Assembly (NCBI GenBank): GCA_025340205.1 | Contig: CP006868.1 | Span: 90,001 to 122,000 of the forward strand | Reading direction: 5' to 3' | DNA length: 32,000 nt | From: Ignicoccus pacificus DSM 13166 | GTDB lineage: Archaea; Thermoproteota; Thermoprotei_A; Sulfolobales; Ignicoccaceae | Shown: piece by piece, positions 16,167 through 25,180 of the stretch | How positions within the stretch are numbered: position 1 is the stretch's first letter | How the letters are laid out: each line of letters begins with the position of its first letter | Program-made: the position numbers and the translations under genes | The notes under the pieces: generated by a model | Told to the model about the DNA's origin: nothing | Seen by the model: the letters and a program-made list of their open reading frames with translations, nothing else | Databases searched by the model: none

Positions 16167-17918
16167 TTGAGGAAGGTCTTCAAAAAACTTGAAAACGTCG
16201 ATGTAGCCTTTCAGAAGCTCGTAAACGCCGTTCCCCCGAGACCTCCTAAGCCCCTCGAGGTGAGCCTACACGAGGCGTTGGGGTACTACTTAGCTGAAGA
16301 CGTATACTCTTCCATTAACATTCCTCCCTTTCCAAGAAGTAGCGTTGATGGCTACGCAGTGAACTCTAGATCGACATGGGGGGCCAGTGAGGATGAACCC
16401 GTTAAGCTCAAGGTTAAGGGAAAGGTAAAGGTAGGAGAGGAGGCGAAGGTAGAGGTGGGAGAAGGTGAGGCCGTAGAGGTCGATACTGGTTCGATGATTC
16501 CGCCTGGAGCTGACGCGGTAGTTCCCGTGGAGTACGTCAAGGAGGTGGAGGACAGCATACTGGTTTACAGAGCTGTGACGCCAGGCGAGAACGTGCTATG
16601 GCCCGCCACCGACGTCTACTACGGGGAGTTGATAGCGAGGAGCGGTGAAAGGATAACATCGAGGACTATAGCAGCTTTATCTTCAATAGGAAAAGGCAAG
16701 GTCAACGTCTGGAAGCTCAAGGTGGCAGTGATCTCCACTGGAAACGAGCTCGTCGAACCCGGCAACCCGCTTCCTCCCGGAAAGGTTTACGACGTCAACA
16801 CGTTCTCCCTTTCCGCTAGGCTAAGGGAGGAGGGATTCGAGCCCATAGTGATAGGAGTGGTACCAGATGACTATGAGAAGTTGAAAGAAGCTATACTAAA
16901 GGGTTTGGAAGTAGCCGATGTAGTAATTACCAGCGGGTCTACCTCCGCTGGTCCGGAGGATATGGTCTATAGAGTAGTAGGTGAGCTTGGCGAAATAATA
17001 GTTCATGGTCTAGCTTTCAAGCCCGGTAAGCCAGTCATGCTAGGAAGGATAGGAGAGAAGCCCGTGTTCGGTTTAGCCGGTCACCCAGACTCAGCGTACT
17101 TTAACTTGGAGAAGATAGTAATCCCCTACTTGAAGATGTGTGTTAAAGCGAGAAGAACTACTGAGAGAAAGATTAAGGCTGTAGCCGCCAGCGCCTTCAC
17201 CCCAGCTCGCGGTCGCAGGACGCACATTCCGGTAAAGCTTCTCGAAGGAGATAGGTGGTATGCTTTCTCCAGCGCTTTGAGCGATCATGCCATGGTGAAG
17301 TACTCTCGGGCGGACGGTTACGTTACCATACCAGAAACGAGAAGGGCTCCGGTGGAAGTGGGCGAGGAGGTGGAGGTAACGCTCTTCCAAGAACCCGATT
17401 ATGATTATGCCTTCATTGGAGATGTGGACGTGTTCGTGGATAACGCGCTGAAGACGTTCGAGAAGAATGTGAAGGTTCTACCCCTAGGTTCCTTCGCCGG
17501 TTCCCTTGCCTCTGAGAAGAACTTGAAGGCCGTCTGGCTTTCCCCCTCTGCTAAGGGAGAGGAACTAGAGGTAGAGCTGGTGATAGTAGGTGAGGAGGGG
17601 AAGAGACTAGCCTTCCCTCATCCAGCCACCTTCTTGTATCGCGGATATAGAGAGTTCTTAAAGAAGAGAGGATTAAGGGAAGCGGAGGCGCGTAAGAAGT
17701 ATTTACACGTCGGCGCCTACCCCTCCCCTCAGGCGGTGTCATATGCCGTAAAGAGGGGATTTGCCGACTTCGGCATAACCACGCTGACCAGCGCGCTAAA
17801 GGAAGGGTTGAGCTACGAACCATTGATGATGATAAAGCTGAGGCTAGGATGGCATCCATCTCAAAAGGAGCTAGCAGAGTACATACTCTCAGAGTACGAA
17901 AGGGTGAGGGTTAGGTGA
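16167..17918 (+). CDS. moeA: Molybdopterin molybdotransferase MoeA fused to a C-terminal PBP-like domain
   Basis: The MoeA core motifs are SVDGYAV, VISTGNEL, ITSGSTSAGPEDM and KPGKP. The C-terminal ~170 aa (GSFAGSL...AVSYAVKRGFADFGITT...YEPL) resembles the PBP-like domain seen in long archaeal MoeA proteins. TTG start. Confidence 0.8.
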   Translation: MRKVFKKLENVDVAFQKLVNAVPPRPPKPLEVSLHEALGYYLAEDVYSSINIPPFPRSSVDGYAVNSRSTWGASEDEPVKLKVKGKVKVGEEAKVEVGEGEAVEVDTGSMIPPGADAVVPVEYVKEVEDSILVYRAVTPGENVLWPATDVYYGELIARSGERITSRTIAALSSIGKGKVNVWKLKVAVISTGNELVEPGNPLPPGKVYDVNTFSLSARLREEGFEPIVIGVVPDDYEKLKEAILKGLEVADVVITSGSTSAGPEDMVYRVVGELGEIIVHGLAFKPGKPVMLGRIGEKPVFGLAGHPDSAYFNLEKIVIPYLKMCVKARRTTERKIKAVAASAFTPARGRRTHIPVKLLEGDRWYAFSSALSDHAMVKYSRADGYVTIPETRRAPVEVGEEVEVTLFQEPDYDYAFIGDVDVFVDNALKTFEKNVKVLPLGSFAGSLASEKNLKAVWLSPSAKGEELEVELVIVGEEGKRLAFPHPATFLYRGYREFLKKRGLREAEARKKYLHVGAYPSPQAVSYAVKRGFADFGITTLTSALKEGLSYEPLMMIKLRLGWHPSQKELAEYILSEYERVRVR

Positions 17919-18670
17919 AGCACGTCATCGAAGTGGAAAAGGTATGGAAAGTATATAGACTCGGCAAGGTCGATTACCCAGCCCTTAGAGGAATAACGTT
18001 GAGGGTACCCAAAGGAGCCTTTCTAGTGATATTAGGTCCCTCTGGGTCCGGAAAGAGTACTCTCCTCCATTTAATGGGAGCACTTGATACTCCTACTAAG
18101 GGAACGGTTAGGGTAAATGGGAAGAATATAGCTCACATGAACGACGTCGAGAGGGCGAAGATAAGAAGGGATTCAATAGGCTTCGTCTTTCAGCAGTTCT
18201 TCCTTATACCGAGACTAACAGCTCTGGAAAACGTCGAGGTCCCTATGATAGCTAAAGGAGTCCCCTCGAGAAAGAGAAAGGAAAGGGCCAAAGAGTTACT
18301 GAAGATGGTGGGATTGGAAGGTAAGGAGAACAAGAGACCTCACGAGCTCTCCGGAGGAGAGCAACAGAGGGTAGCCATAGCCAGAGCCTTAGCAAACGAT
18401 CCCGAGATAATACTGGCGGACGAGCCCACGGGGAACTTGGATAGTGTTACCTCCGAGGTAATAATGAATATGATGTTAGAGCTTAACAAAGATATGGGGA
18501 AGACGGTAGTTGTGGTGACTCACAACCCGGAGCAAGTGAAGTATGCCCACGCTGTCGTCAGAATAAGGGACGGGAGAGTTGAGAGAGTTGAGGAAGGAGG
18601 CAGAAAGCCCTTCTTCGACCTCGATGAGATAGCTCCAGGGAAGGCAATTACTTCGAAATCTTTATCTTAA
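17915..18670 (+). CDS. ABC transporter ATP-binding protein, MacB/LolD/FtsE-like
   Basis: Walker A GPSGSGKST, Q-loop FVFQQF, signature LSGGEQQR, Walker B ILADEPTGNLD. GTGA overlap with the moeA stop. No adjacent permease. Confidence 0.85.
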   Translation: MKHVIEVEKVWKVYRLGKVDYPALRGITLRVPKGAFLVILGPSGSGKSTLLHLMGALDTPTKGTVRVNGKNIAHMNDVERAKIRRDSIGFVFQQFFLIPRLTALENVEVPMIAKGVPSRKRKERAKELLKMVGLEGKENKRPHELSGGEQQRVAIARALANDPEIILADEPTGNLDSVTSEVIMNMMLELNKDMGKTVVVVTHNPEQVKYAHAVVRIRDGRVERVEEGGRKPFFDLDEIAPGKAITSKSLS

Positions 18671-19181
18671 TTTTATCGTTCTCCCTGATGATCTCAGTCT
18701 TACTGTTTCTGGCCGTTTTCACGTAGAACGACTGGTAATGTATTCCTAATACGTTCACGAAGTCGATGGCATCGCCTTCCAGCTCTACCTCGTTTCCGTA
18801 GAGTCTGAGGACGCTTCCCTTGTTCTTATCCAGTACTTCCAAAGTTATGTAGTGTTTGTTGGCCGAAGCTCTGATGCCCAGCTCTCCTTTACCTAATATC
18901 TTGTCCTCCTCGGCGATGGCCTCGCCTTTGAGGCTATCCCATACGGGCAAGTACTTCTCGCCCGTGGCGCCTACGATTATGTGGTTACCATAGCTGTTGG
19001 TCTTAGGAGGAGACTCGTATTCGGCCTCCATGTATATTCCCTCATCGCTCATGCGAATCTTCGTCCAGCTCGGGGACACGAGCACCACGTGCTCGCTGTT
19101 GAAGCTCCTCCCATCAACATCACACATATTGTTCTCAAACCTGATTCGGAACCTTTCCTTCATACTTGCGGGGATCAGCAC
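18648..19181 (-). CDS. Hypothetical protein (beta-rich, no recognised domain)
   Basis: 177-aa ORF on the purine-rich strand. It lies divergent from purD and overlaps the 3' end of the ABC ATPase by 23 nt. The start may be M1 or M7. Confidence 0.4.
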   Translation of the reverse strand: MLIPASMKERFRIRFENNMCDVDGRSFNSEHVVLVSPSWTKIRMSDEGIYMEAEYESPPKTNSYGNHIIVGATGEKYLPVWDSLKGEAIAEEDKILGKGELGIRASANKHYITLEVLDKNKGSVLRLYGNEVELEGDAIDFVNVLGIHYQSFYVKTARNSKTEIIRENDKIKIKISK

Positions 19182-19255
19182 GGCACTCCCACCCGGGATC
19201 GCTTACTTTAGGCTTCGTTAGGTGGAACGCGCTCGGGAGATATAAGGTGAGTGGC

Positions 19256-20632
19256 TTGAAGGTCCTACTGGTCGGCGGCGGTTCCAGGGAACATGCTATA
19301 GGAGAGAGATTAGTGAAGGAGGGGGCCTCGCTATCCTTCATTTCCTCTAACCTAAACCCCGGCCTCCTAAAGCTCAGCAAGGATAGTGGGGGAGAGTACT
19401 TCAAGGGATCGCCCACGGATCCTGAAGAAGTGCTCGAGGCTGCTAGGAAGCTGAAGCCCGAACTCGTGGTAATAGGTCCAGAGGAGCCTCAGTTCAGAGG
19501 AGTCGCTGATAAGTTAAGGGAAGCCGGCTTCCTGGTATTCGGAGCTTCATCCAAGGCCTCAGAGATTGAAAAGAGTAAGGTGTTTGCTAGGAGCCTAATG
19601 AAAAAGTATAACATACCTGGAAACTTGGAGTTCTGGTTCTTCGAAAGCTGGAGGGAAGCGTTGGAGTTTTTGGAGAGAGCCGGGAACGTCGCCATAAAAC
19701 CTGCCAGACAAGCGGGCGGAAAAGGCGTGAAGGTAATAGCCGACATGCAAGCTTATCTTTCTGAGGAAAAGAAGCAGATTAAGGCAATCCACGCTAAGAG
19801 GATATTAGAAGAGGTCATGGCTAAATATACTGATATCAAGGAGAAGCTCTTGGTTGAGGAAAGGGTCGAGGGCGTCGAGTATACCGTTCAAGCCTTCACG
19901 GATGGAGAAAGGGTGATCCCACTTCCAGCGGTTCAAGATAATCCTCATCTCTTTGAATATGATATAGGACCGGAGACCGGAGGAATGGGCACCGTTCAAG
20001 GTCCCGGAAAGCTCCTCCCATTTCTAACAGAAGAGGAGTATAACTTTGCGGTAAAAATATTGGAACAAGTAGTAAGAGCCATTGCCAAGGAAACCGGCGA
20101 GAAGTACATAGGAGCGATATCCGCTCAGATGATGCTTACTACGAAGGGTCCAGTCTTGATAGAGTTCTACTCTAGATTAGGCGATCCCGAGGCTGTTAAT
20201 GTGATGAACGTAGTTGAAGGAAACGTACTCGAAATAATGTATTCAGCGGCACAAGGTGAGTTGAAGGGAGAGCTCAGGGCTAGAGACGTAGCTAGTACGG
20301 TCAAGTGTATAGCCCCGATGGGATACCCTGAGAGGAGGGATTTGGCTAAGGGTCACGAGGTAGTCGTTGAGGAGTGCGAAGGCGCTAAGATATACTACGG
20401 AGCGGTTGACGTAAAGAACGGAAAGATGATTAGCACCGGCTCTAGGGCTATAGAGGTATATGCGGAAGCCGAAGACGTAGTCAAAGCAGCTGAGAAGGCC
20501 AACGCTTGTGCAAGAAGGGTCAAGTTCGTAAACTGGAAGTCTGTATGGCGTCCTGATATAGGTTCTGAATGGTACATTAACAGGAGAAAAGAGATGGCCG
20601 AATTCGTAAGGACTATCGCTAGTATGAGATAA
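19256..20632 (+). CDS. purD: Phosphoribosylamine-glycine ligase
   Basis: (M)KVLLVGGGSREHAIGERL is the canonical PurD N-terminus if TTG 19256 is used (GTG 19247 is also possible). ATP-grasp motifs follow. The ORF-track start at 19166 adds an implausible 30-aa extension. Confidence 0.85.
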   Translation: MKVLLVGGGSREHAIGERLVKEGASLSFISSNLNPGLLKLSKDSGGEYFKGSPTDPEEVLEAARKLKPELVVIGPEEPQFRGVADKLREAGFLVFGASSKASEIEKSKVFARSLMKKYNIPGNLEFWFFESWREALEFLERAGNVAIKPARQAGGKGVKVIADMQAYLSEEKKQIKAIHAKRILEEVMAKYTDIKEKLLVEERVEGVEYTVQAFTDGERVIPLPAVQDNPHLFEYDIGPETGGMGTVQGPGKLLPFLTEEEYNFAVKILEQVVRAIAKETGEKYIGAISAQMMLTTKGPVLIEFYSRLGDPEAVNVMNVVEGNVLEIMYSAAQGELKGELRARDVASTVKCIAPMGYPERRDLAKGHEVVVEECEGAKIYYGAVDVKNGKMISTGSRAIEVYAEAEDVVKAAEKANACARRVKFVNWKSVWRPDIGSEWYINRRKEMAEFVRTIASMR

Positions 20633-20676
20633 TGACCGATCGGAAAGGCGTTTCTCAACTAGTACTCTAAGAAATC

Positions 20677-20687
20677 TTTTTATTTTT
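20677..20687 (+). terminator. Oligo-T terminator after purD
   Basis: TTTTTATTTTT lies about 45 nt after the purD stop. Confidence 0.45.
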
Positions 20688-20690
20688 CTC

Positions 20691-20698
20691 AATATATG
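20691..20698 (+). promoter_or_regulatory. Candidate TATA box for the 20719 membrane-protein gene (leaderless spacing)
   Basis: AATATATG is centred about 24 nt upstream of ATG 20719. Confidence 0.3.
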
Positions 20699-20718
20699 AG
20701 CTACACGGCGTGTAAGTA

Positions 20719-21471
20719 ATGTTCAGAGCGACCGACGATATCGACGTCGACGTAGGCCTTGAGGAGGAAGAGAGGAGCAAGAACGTCAGGGACTTGATAG
20801 AGGCAATTGGAGTAGGAACGTTAATATTGTTATCATTGGTCTTCATAAACTATGCATTAGTCAACTTGAATACAGGATATGATTGGTTTCCCTACGTAGC
20901 CGGTCCAATATTAGCGTCGCTCTTCATGATTTCCCTAATACCTATACTCTTGGCAAGAACTTACAAATTGTTCTTGATAGAACTAACGGTATTTATAATA
21001 ACCACCTTGATAAGTTATGTGTTGACGTATACGAACTCTACAGTTTTAGGCTATGAGAGCATACTACTACCCTTCGTGATACTGATACTTATTGCATTAT
21101 ACTTGCTCTGGTATGAAGAAGAGGAAAGGATATCGAGCACTATCGTATACTTGATACACGTCGCGTTGATTGCTATGGGATTCTTCTTGGCCATGATATT
21201 ATCTATGAAGATGGGCTGGGCATACGGAGCGGTGAGCCTCTGGATATACTTCATGCTCTCACTAGCCTTGTTTAGTGTAATAATATCGATATTCTCTGAA
21301 AGGAAAGCTCCAGTGATAGCGACGGTGTTGTTTACAGCCGTCCTCTTTGTGGTAGCGCTTTCTACTTCCCAGTTTGTGAAACCCGACGTAACGCTCTGGT
21401 TCGCAATGGCTCCAGTCCTCTGCGCTCTGATAGTTCCCCTTTATATAGCGATGGAGGCTGGATGGGAGTAA
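20719..21471 (+). CDS. Polytopic membrane protein, unknown function
   Basis: 250 aa with an acidic N-terminal tail followed by about 7 hydrophobic helices. Confidence 0.5.
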   Translation: MFRATDDIDVDVGLEEEERSKNVRDLIEAIGVGTLILLSLVFINYALVNLNTGYDWFPYVAGPILASLFMISLIPILLARTYKLFLIELTVFIITTLISYVLTYTNSTVLGYESILLPFVILILIALYLLWYEEEERISSTIVYLIHVALIAMGFFLAMILSMKMGWAYGAVSLWIYFMLSLALFSVIISIFSERKAPVIATVLFTAVLFVVALSTSQFVKPDVTLWFAMAPVLCALIVPLYIAMEAGWE

Positions 21472-21518
21472 CTAATCTAAAAACTCCGTCTTCTTTCCAT
21501 CGCTGAGGGTAGAGAAGG

Positions 21519-22310
21519 ATGATAACTGCTAGCTGGGGAGCCCTAGCGTCTGTTATGAAGAGGGCGGACGTGGTGGTGGAGGTAATCGACGCTCGAACGC
21601 CGGTGACCACCAGAAGCAGGAGACTGGAAAGGCTAGCAGAGCTTATGAACAAGCCAATAGTGCTGGCTCTAAACAAGGCTGACTTGGTTCCTAGGGAGAT
21701 AGCTGAGGAATGGGTCAAGATGTTTAGGGCAGAAGGCTACGATGCAGTTTACCTAGCCGCCAGGGAACACAAGGGTACCAGAGTGCTTAGAGGATTCATC
21801 AACAGAGCTACTGATGTAAGGCCTATAGTGGTAGCGGTGGTCGGTTACCCCAAGACAGGGAAGAGCAGTATAATCAATGCTCTAAGGGGTAGAAGAGGTG
21901 CGCAGACTTCACCAGTTCCGGGAAGTCCCGGCTATACCAAGAAGCCTGGCATCTATCGAGGACCCGGCCAAATTTACTTCTTGGATACCCCCGGCGTGAT
22001 ACCTCCCGACGGTACTCCTCTAGAGAAGACTCTGAGGGGAGCGCCGCCCGAGAAGCTTAAGGATCCGGTGAAGCCAGCTGTCGAGCTAATCAAAATGATC
22101 AAGGAGTATAAGCCTAGGGCCATATTGGAAGCATATGGCTTCGATAAGGAGGATCCGTATGAGTTCTTAGAAGAGCTGGCGAGGAGAAGGGGTTGGTTCT
22201 ACAAAAGCGATCACGAGCCTTTGATAGAACAGGCCGCCATAGCGCTAATTATAGATTATCACAAGGGCAAGATACCCTTCTACATACCTCCTAGCGTTTA
22301 CAGACGTTAG
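21519..22310 (+). CDS. Circularly permuted GTPase (YlqF/RbgA/YawG-like ribosome-biogenesis GTPase)
   Basis: G4 LNKADLV precedes G1 GYPKTGKSSIINAL and G3 DTPG, which is the permuted order. N-terminal VVEVIDARTP motif. Confidence 0.8.
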   Translation: MITASWGALASVMKRADVVVEVIDARTPVTTRSRRLERLAELMNKPIVLALNKADLVPREIAEEWVKMFRAEGYDAVYLAAREHKGTRVLRGFINRATDVRPIVVAVVGYPKTGKSSIINALRGRRGAQTSPVPGSPGYTKKPGIYRGPGQIYFLDTPGVIPPDGTPLEKTLRGAPPEKLKDPVKPAVELIKMIKEYKPRAILEAYGFDKEDPYEFLEELARRRGWFYKSDHEPLIEQAAIALIIDYHKGKIPFYIPPSVYRR

Positions 22311-22448
22311 GCTCCGGGCCTGGTGTCTACGCTCACCGATCACCAATACCAGCCTTCATCATCGCCGAAGACCTATTGAAGGGAGAAGTTAATCAGCTAG
22401 CGGGGTGTGAGGATAGAATCCGGGACGGAACGGTGACGAGGCCGCTCT

Positions 22449-24383
22449 TCACCGACCCCATGGTAGTTCTTCAGGTTTTGTCGGGGTAATTGGAGTTCCC
22501 CAATAGACATGACCCTTGTAGAAGTCATTTATTATCGTTGCATTGTTGGGTAACTCTTCTAATATTACATCCTTATAACTTACATTAGGGATATTACCTA
22601 TAACGAATACTAAGGCCTTGCCCTCTCTTTGAGGATAAGGTAAGGGACACACACCTAGAGTTATCGTATTGTTTAACAGTCTATTTACCATGTTAATCTT
22701 CGAGTTTATGTACAACGGTGTAAGGCGGTATATCTTCTTGAGCAACCTCGTTAAATTAGTGCTTGGAGGGTAACTGGCCCAGCCGTTGATATAATCCTTG
22801 TAGCTCTTGGGAACGGCTAGAACCCATACGAAACCCATTTTTTCCTCGCTTATAGCGAAGAGCCAAGGAACGTACTCGTATAGATCTTCTCTATCTGGTG
22901 AATATACCAGTCCAACGACGTTGAAGCCATGCGTCTTAAGCCATCTAACTTCCCCTAACGCTAATGGGTAAGTATACTCCCAGTATATCTTAGGATCTAC
23001 CTTCATCCACAGAAAGTCTCCAGCCTTTATTCCCGAGTATGGGTTCAACCACGGCCATATTACTGCAACCTTGAGATGTTTGAACTCGACTACCTTGTGA
23101 AGGGTCGATTGAGTCTGGGTAACAGAGGTCGAAACCAGGACGAGATACACTAAGTAAAGGAATAAGAATTTCTTGATATCAAGCCTATTTTTGACCAGGA
23201 AGTAGATTAATATAACGACGGTTACGTGGTAAGCTAACAGTGCTGGCAGTCCGGGAGCGTTCAATAAAGGACGAAGGGAGCCGAGAGACCTGTAGATGTG
23301 GACTATGCTGGTCCCGAGGGCGTTGAGCACGTCTTCAGCTAAATAGCCTAGAGGACCGTAAGCGGTTCCCATTGAGAGGTCCACGATCATAGCGAAGATG
23401 CTTGGTAATAGCAGCCACTTGTAGGGAGCACCTGCAAAGAGAAAGACCACAAAAGGCAATAAGAGGTTCTGAGGACTCACCACTTTACTAAACAGTATGA
23501 ACCCTAATGAAGCCAATGCCATAGAGCCTATGAAGTTACCTCTAATTGACTTGAAGAAGCTCCATATAAGAATACCTAGGAAGGCTGCGGAGAGTACATA
23601 GGAGCCTATGCCCACTTTGGGCATAGGCTTTCCAAAGCAAGGGGCTACGAGGTTAGCGATGTGGAACGTCGACGCATCTCCGGCGACAGCGATTAGAGGA
23701 ACTCCCGTGTAACCTAGCGAGGCCGGAGGTCTCTCTCCATGAAAGGCTAGCACGTCTTCTATAAAGGGCTTACCGAAGAACGGTAATACTATAGCAATGC
23801 TTAAGAGAGTAACTAAGATCATCTCCTTAAGTCTTCTCTCTTTTAGCCAATAGCCGACGAAGGCCGGTAGTGTGAGCCAAGTTATCTGCTTGGTGACCAG
23901 GCTGAGAGAATAAAACACCCAATAGTTCTTCTCCTTTTTGTAAAGACGGTAGAGGGCCTCTACGAATAACGCCGTAGCTAAGGAATCTGGCATTCCGTGA
24001 ATGGCCGTTGTGAACCAGAATAAGGGATTGAATACTATGAACTTGTAGGAACCCTTTCGAAGCTCTTCAGCCCTCTTAGCTATCCAGAAGACCGACCCCA
24101 CGACTACTATTTTGTCTACGATTCTAAACGTAAAGATATTTAGGATATGCAATATATACAAGGGTAAGGATAGGGCACTCCATACGAGTAAGGAGAACGG
24201 AGGGTAAGCGAACCATTGAGGATAGGGAACAGGATTGGAGTATATCCAAGGAGCGTTTGAAGGTACGTTATATGGGTTATGACCATGAAGGAGAAGCTGA
24301 ACAGTGTAGTAGAATACCAAGACATCGTAGTGATGTTGCGTCAGCGGTGCTGGCAGTAGATAGAGCAAGAGTTCGGCGATCAT
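22449..24383 (-). CDS. Large polytopic membrane protein, GT-C-type glycosyltransferase candidate (DUF2029/GT87-like), with a C-terminal soluble domain
   Basis: 644 aa. The N-terminal loop HHYDVLVFYYTVQLLLHGHNPY resembles the D..y....l..G..PY loop of DUF2029-type transferases. About 12 TM helices are followed by a ~225-aa hydrophilic domain with NxS/T sequons. Confidence 0.45.
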   Translation of the reverse strand: MIAELLLYLLPAPLTQHHYDVLVFYYTVQLLLHGHNPYNVPSNAPWIYSNPVPYPQWFAYPPFSLLVWSALSLPLYILHILNIFTFRIVDKIVVVGSVFWIAKRAEELRKGSYKFIVFNPLFWFTTAIHGMPDSLATALFVEALYRLYKKEKNYWVFYSLSLVTKQITWLTLPAFVGYWLKERRLKEMILVTLLSIAIVLPFFGKPFIEDVLAFHGERPPASLGYTGVPLIAVAGDASTFHIANLVAPCFGKPMPKVGIGSYVLSAAFLGILIWSFFKSIRGNFIGSMALASLGFILFSKVVSPQNLLLPFVVFLFAGAPYKWLLLPSIFAMIVDLSMGTAYGPLGYLAEDVLNALGTSIVHIYRSLGSLRPLLNAPGLPALLAYHVTVVILIYFLVKNRLDIKKFLFLYLVYLVLVSTSVTQTQSTLHKVVEFKHLKVAVIWPWLNPYSGIKAGDFLWMKVDPKIYWEYTYPLALGEVRWLKTHGFNVVGLVYSPDREDLYEYVPWLFAISEEKMGFVWVLAVPKSYKDYINGWASYPPSTNLTRLLKKIYRLTPLYINSKINMVNRLLNNTITLGVCPLPYPQREGKALVFVIGNIPNVSYKDVILEELPNNATIINDFYKGHVYWGTPITPTKPEELPWGR

Positions 24384-24436
24384 CCCTTACGGCCCTGTGT
24401 GCACGGAGGGCGAGAACCTTTAAGAGAGTCGAAGGT

Positions 24437-25162
24437 TTATACAATGTAAAGGTGATCTCCTACTCCCTTGTCTCCCTTTAAGCTCTCCAGAACCTTCTTT
24501 CTCTTTTTGCTGTGTTTTAGGATAGTGTCTATTTGTATCTCGGTGAGCTTGGCCATATACTTCGCTAGCTCACCGTCATCACTCTCGTCCATAAGCTTCT
24601 TCTTTAACAACTCCATTATACTTTCTATACCTTTATTGAACGTAAGTACGCGGGAGCTTACGTATCTCTCATAGTCGGCAGGATCTTCAACGGTCTCGAT
24701 AAGCTGTATCACCTCTGGGTAGATGTATTGTTCTATTAGGTCAGTTAAGGCTTTCATCTGCTTTACTATGGTATCGTAGTCCTCCTTCTCCTTGTTAAAT
24801 GCCTCATACAAGAGCTTCTCAAAGCTCTCACTCAGCTCGTTATGCTTCCTTACTATGGCACGTATATTATCTATTACATTGCTAGCGTTTTCGCTTATGT
24901 TTGGTGTTAATATCAAGTTTATGTAAATGCTACTGAACATTGTAATTAAATTAAGTGAGTCTCTCTTAACGAAGTCTCCAGCTATGTATCCTAGGGTTGG
25001 TAGCGCGCCAAAGGTTACCTTAAGACCCCTTTCCAAGTCCTTGATCAGATAATACGCCTCTATGTTAAACAATCCAATTACGTTTTCGTTTTCATCGGTG
25101 ATGCCGTGAATCGTCTCCGGTGGCACTTCTCTTTTAACATCCTCGTAGGTCAACTTGTACAA
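24437..25162 (-). CDS. Hypothetical alpha-helical protein (no recognised domain)
   Basis: 241 aa. The TTG start has a strong SD (GAGGTGA) 6 nt upstream and lies 18 nt after the phosphatase stop. The gene is A+T-rich. Confidence 0.5.
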   Translation of the reverse strand: MYKLTYEDVKREVPPETIHGITDENENVIGLFNIEAYYLIKDLERGLKVTFGALPTLGYIAGDFVKRDSLNLITMFSSIYINLILTPNISENASNVIDNIRAIVRKHNELSESFEKLLYEAFNKEKEDYDTIVKQMKALTDLIEQYIYPEVIQLIETVEDPADYERYVSSRVLTFNKGIESIMELLKKKLMDESDDGELAKYMAKLTEIQIDTILKHSKKRKKVLESLKGDKGVGDHLYIV

Positions 25163-25180
25163 TATTCTTCACCTCTTAGG

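Noticed and set aside
19166-19255. A 30-aa N-terminal extension of purD in the ORF track. The ORFs 18981-19211, 18997-19221 and 19135-19416 fall in the same region.
   Set aside because: The canonical PurD N-terminus (MKVLLVGGGSREHA) begins at TTG 19256. The extension would overlap the divergent gene's start and has no PurD counterpart. The other ORFs are short shadows.
20243-20692. A 149-aa minus-strand ORF (and 20395-20658) opposite purD.
   Set aside because: It is antisense to a confidently identified purD and has no recognisable motifs.
22340-22375. A possible C/D-box sRNA on the minus strand (ATGATGA at 22356-22362).
   Set aside because: There is no CTGA D or D' box at the expected 12-nt guide spacing, and no terminal kink-turn pairing could be formed.
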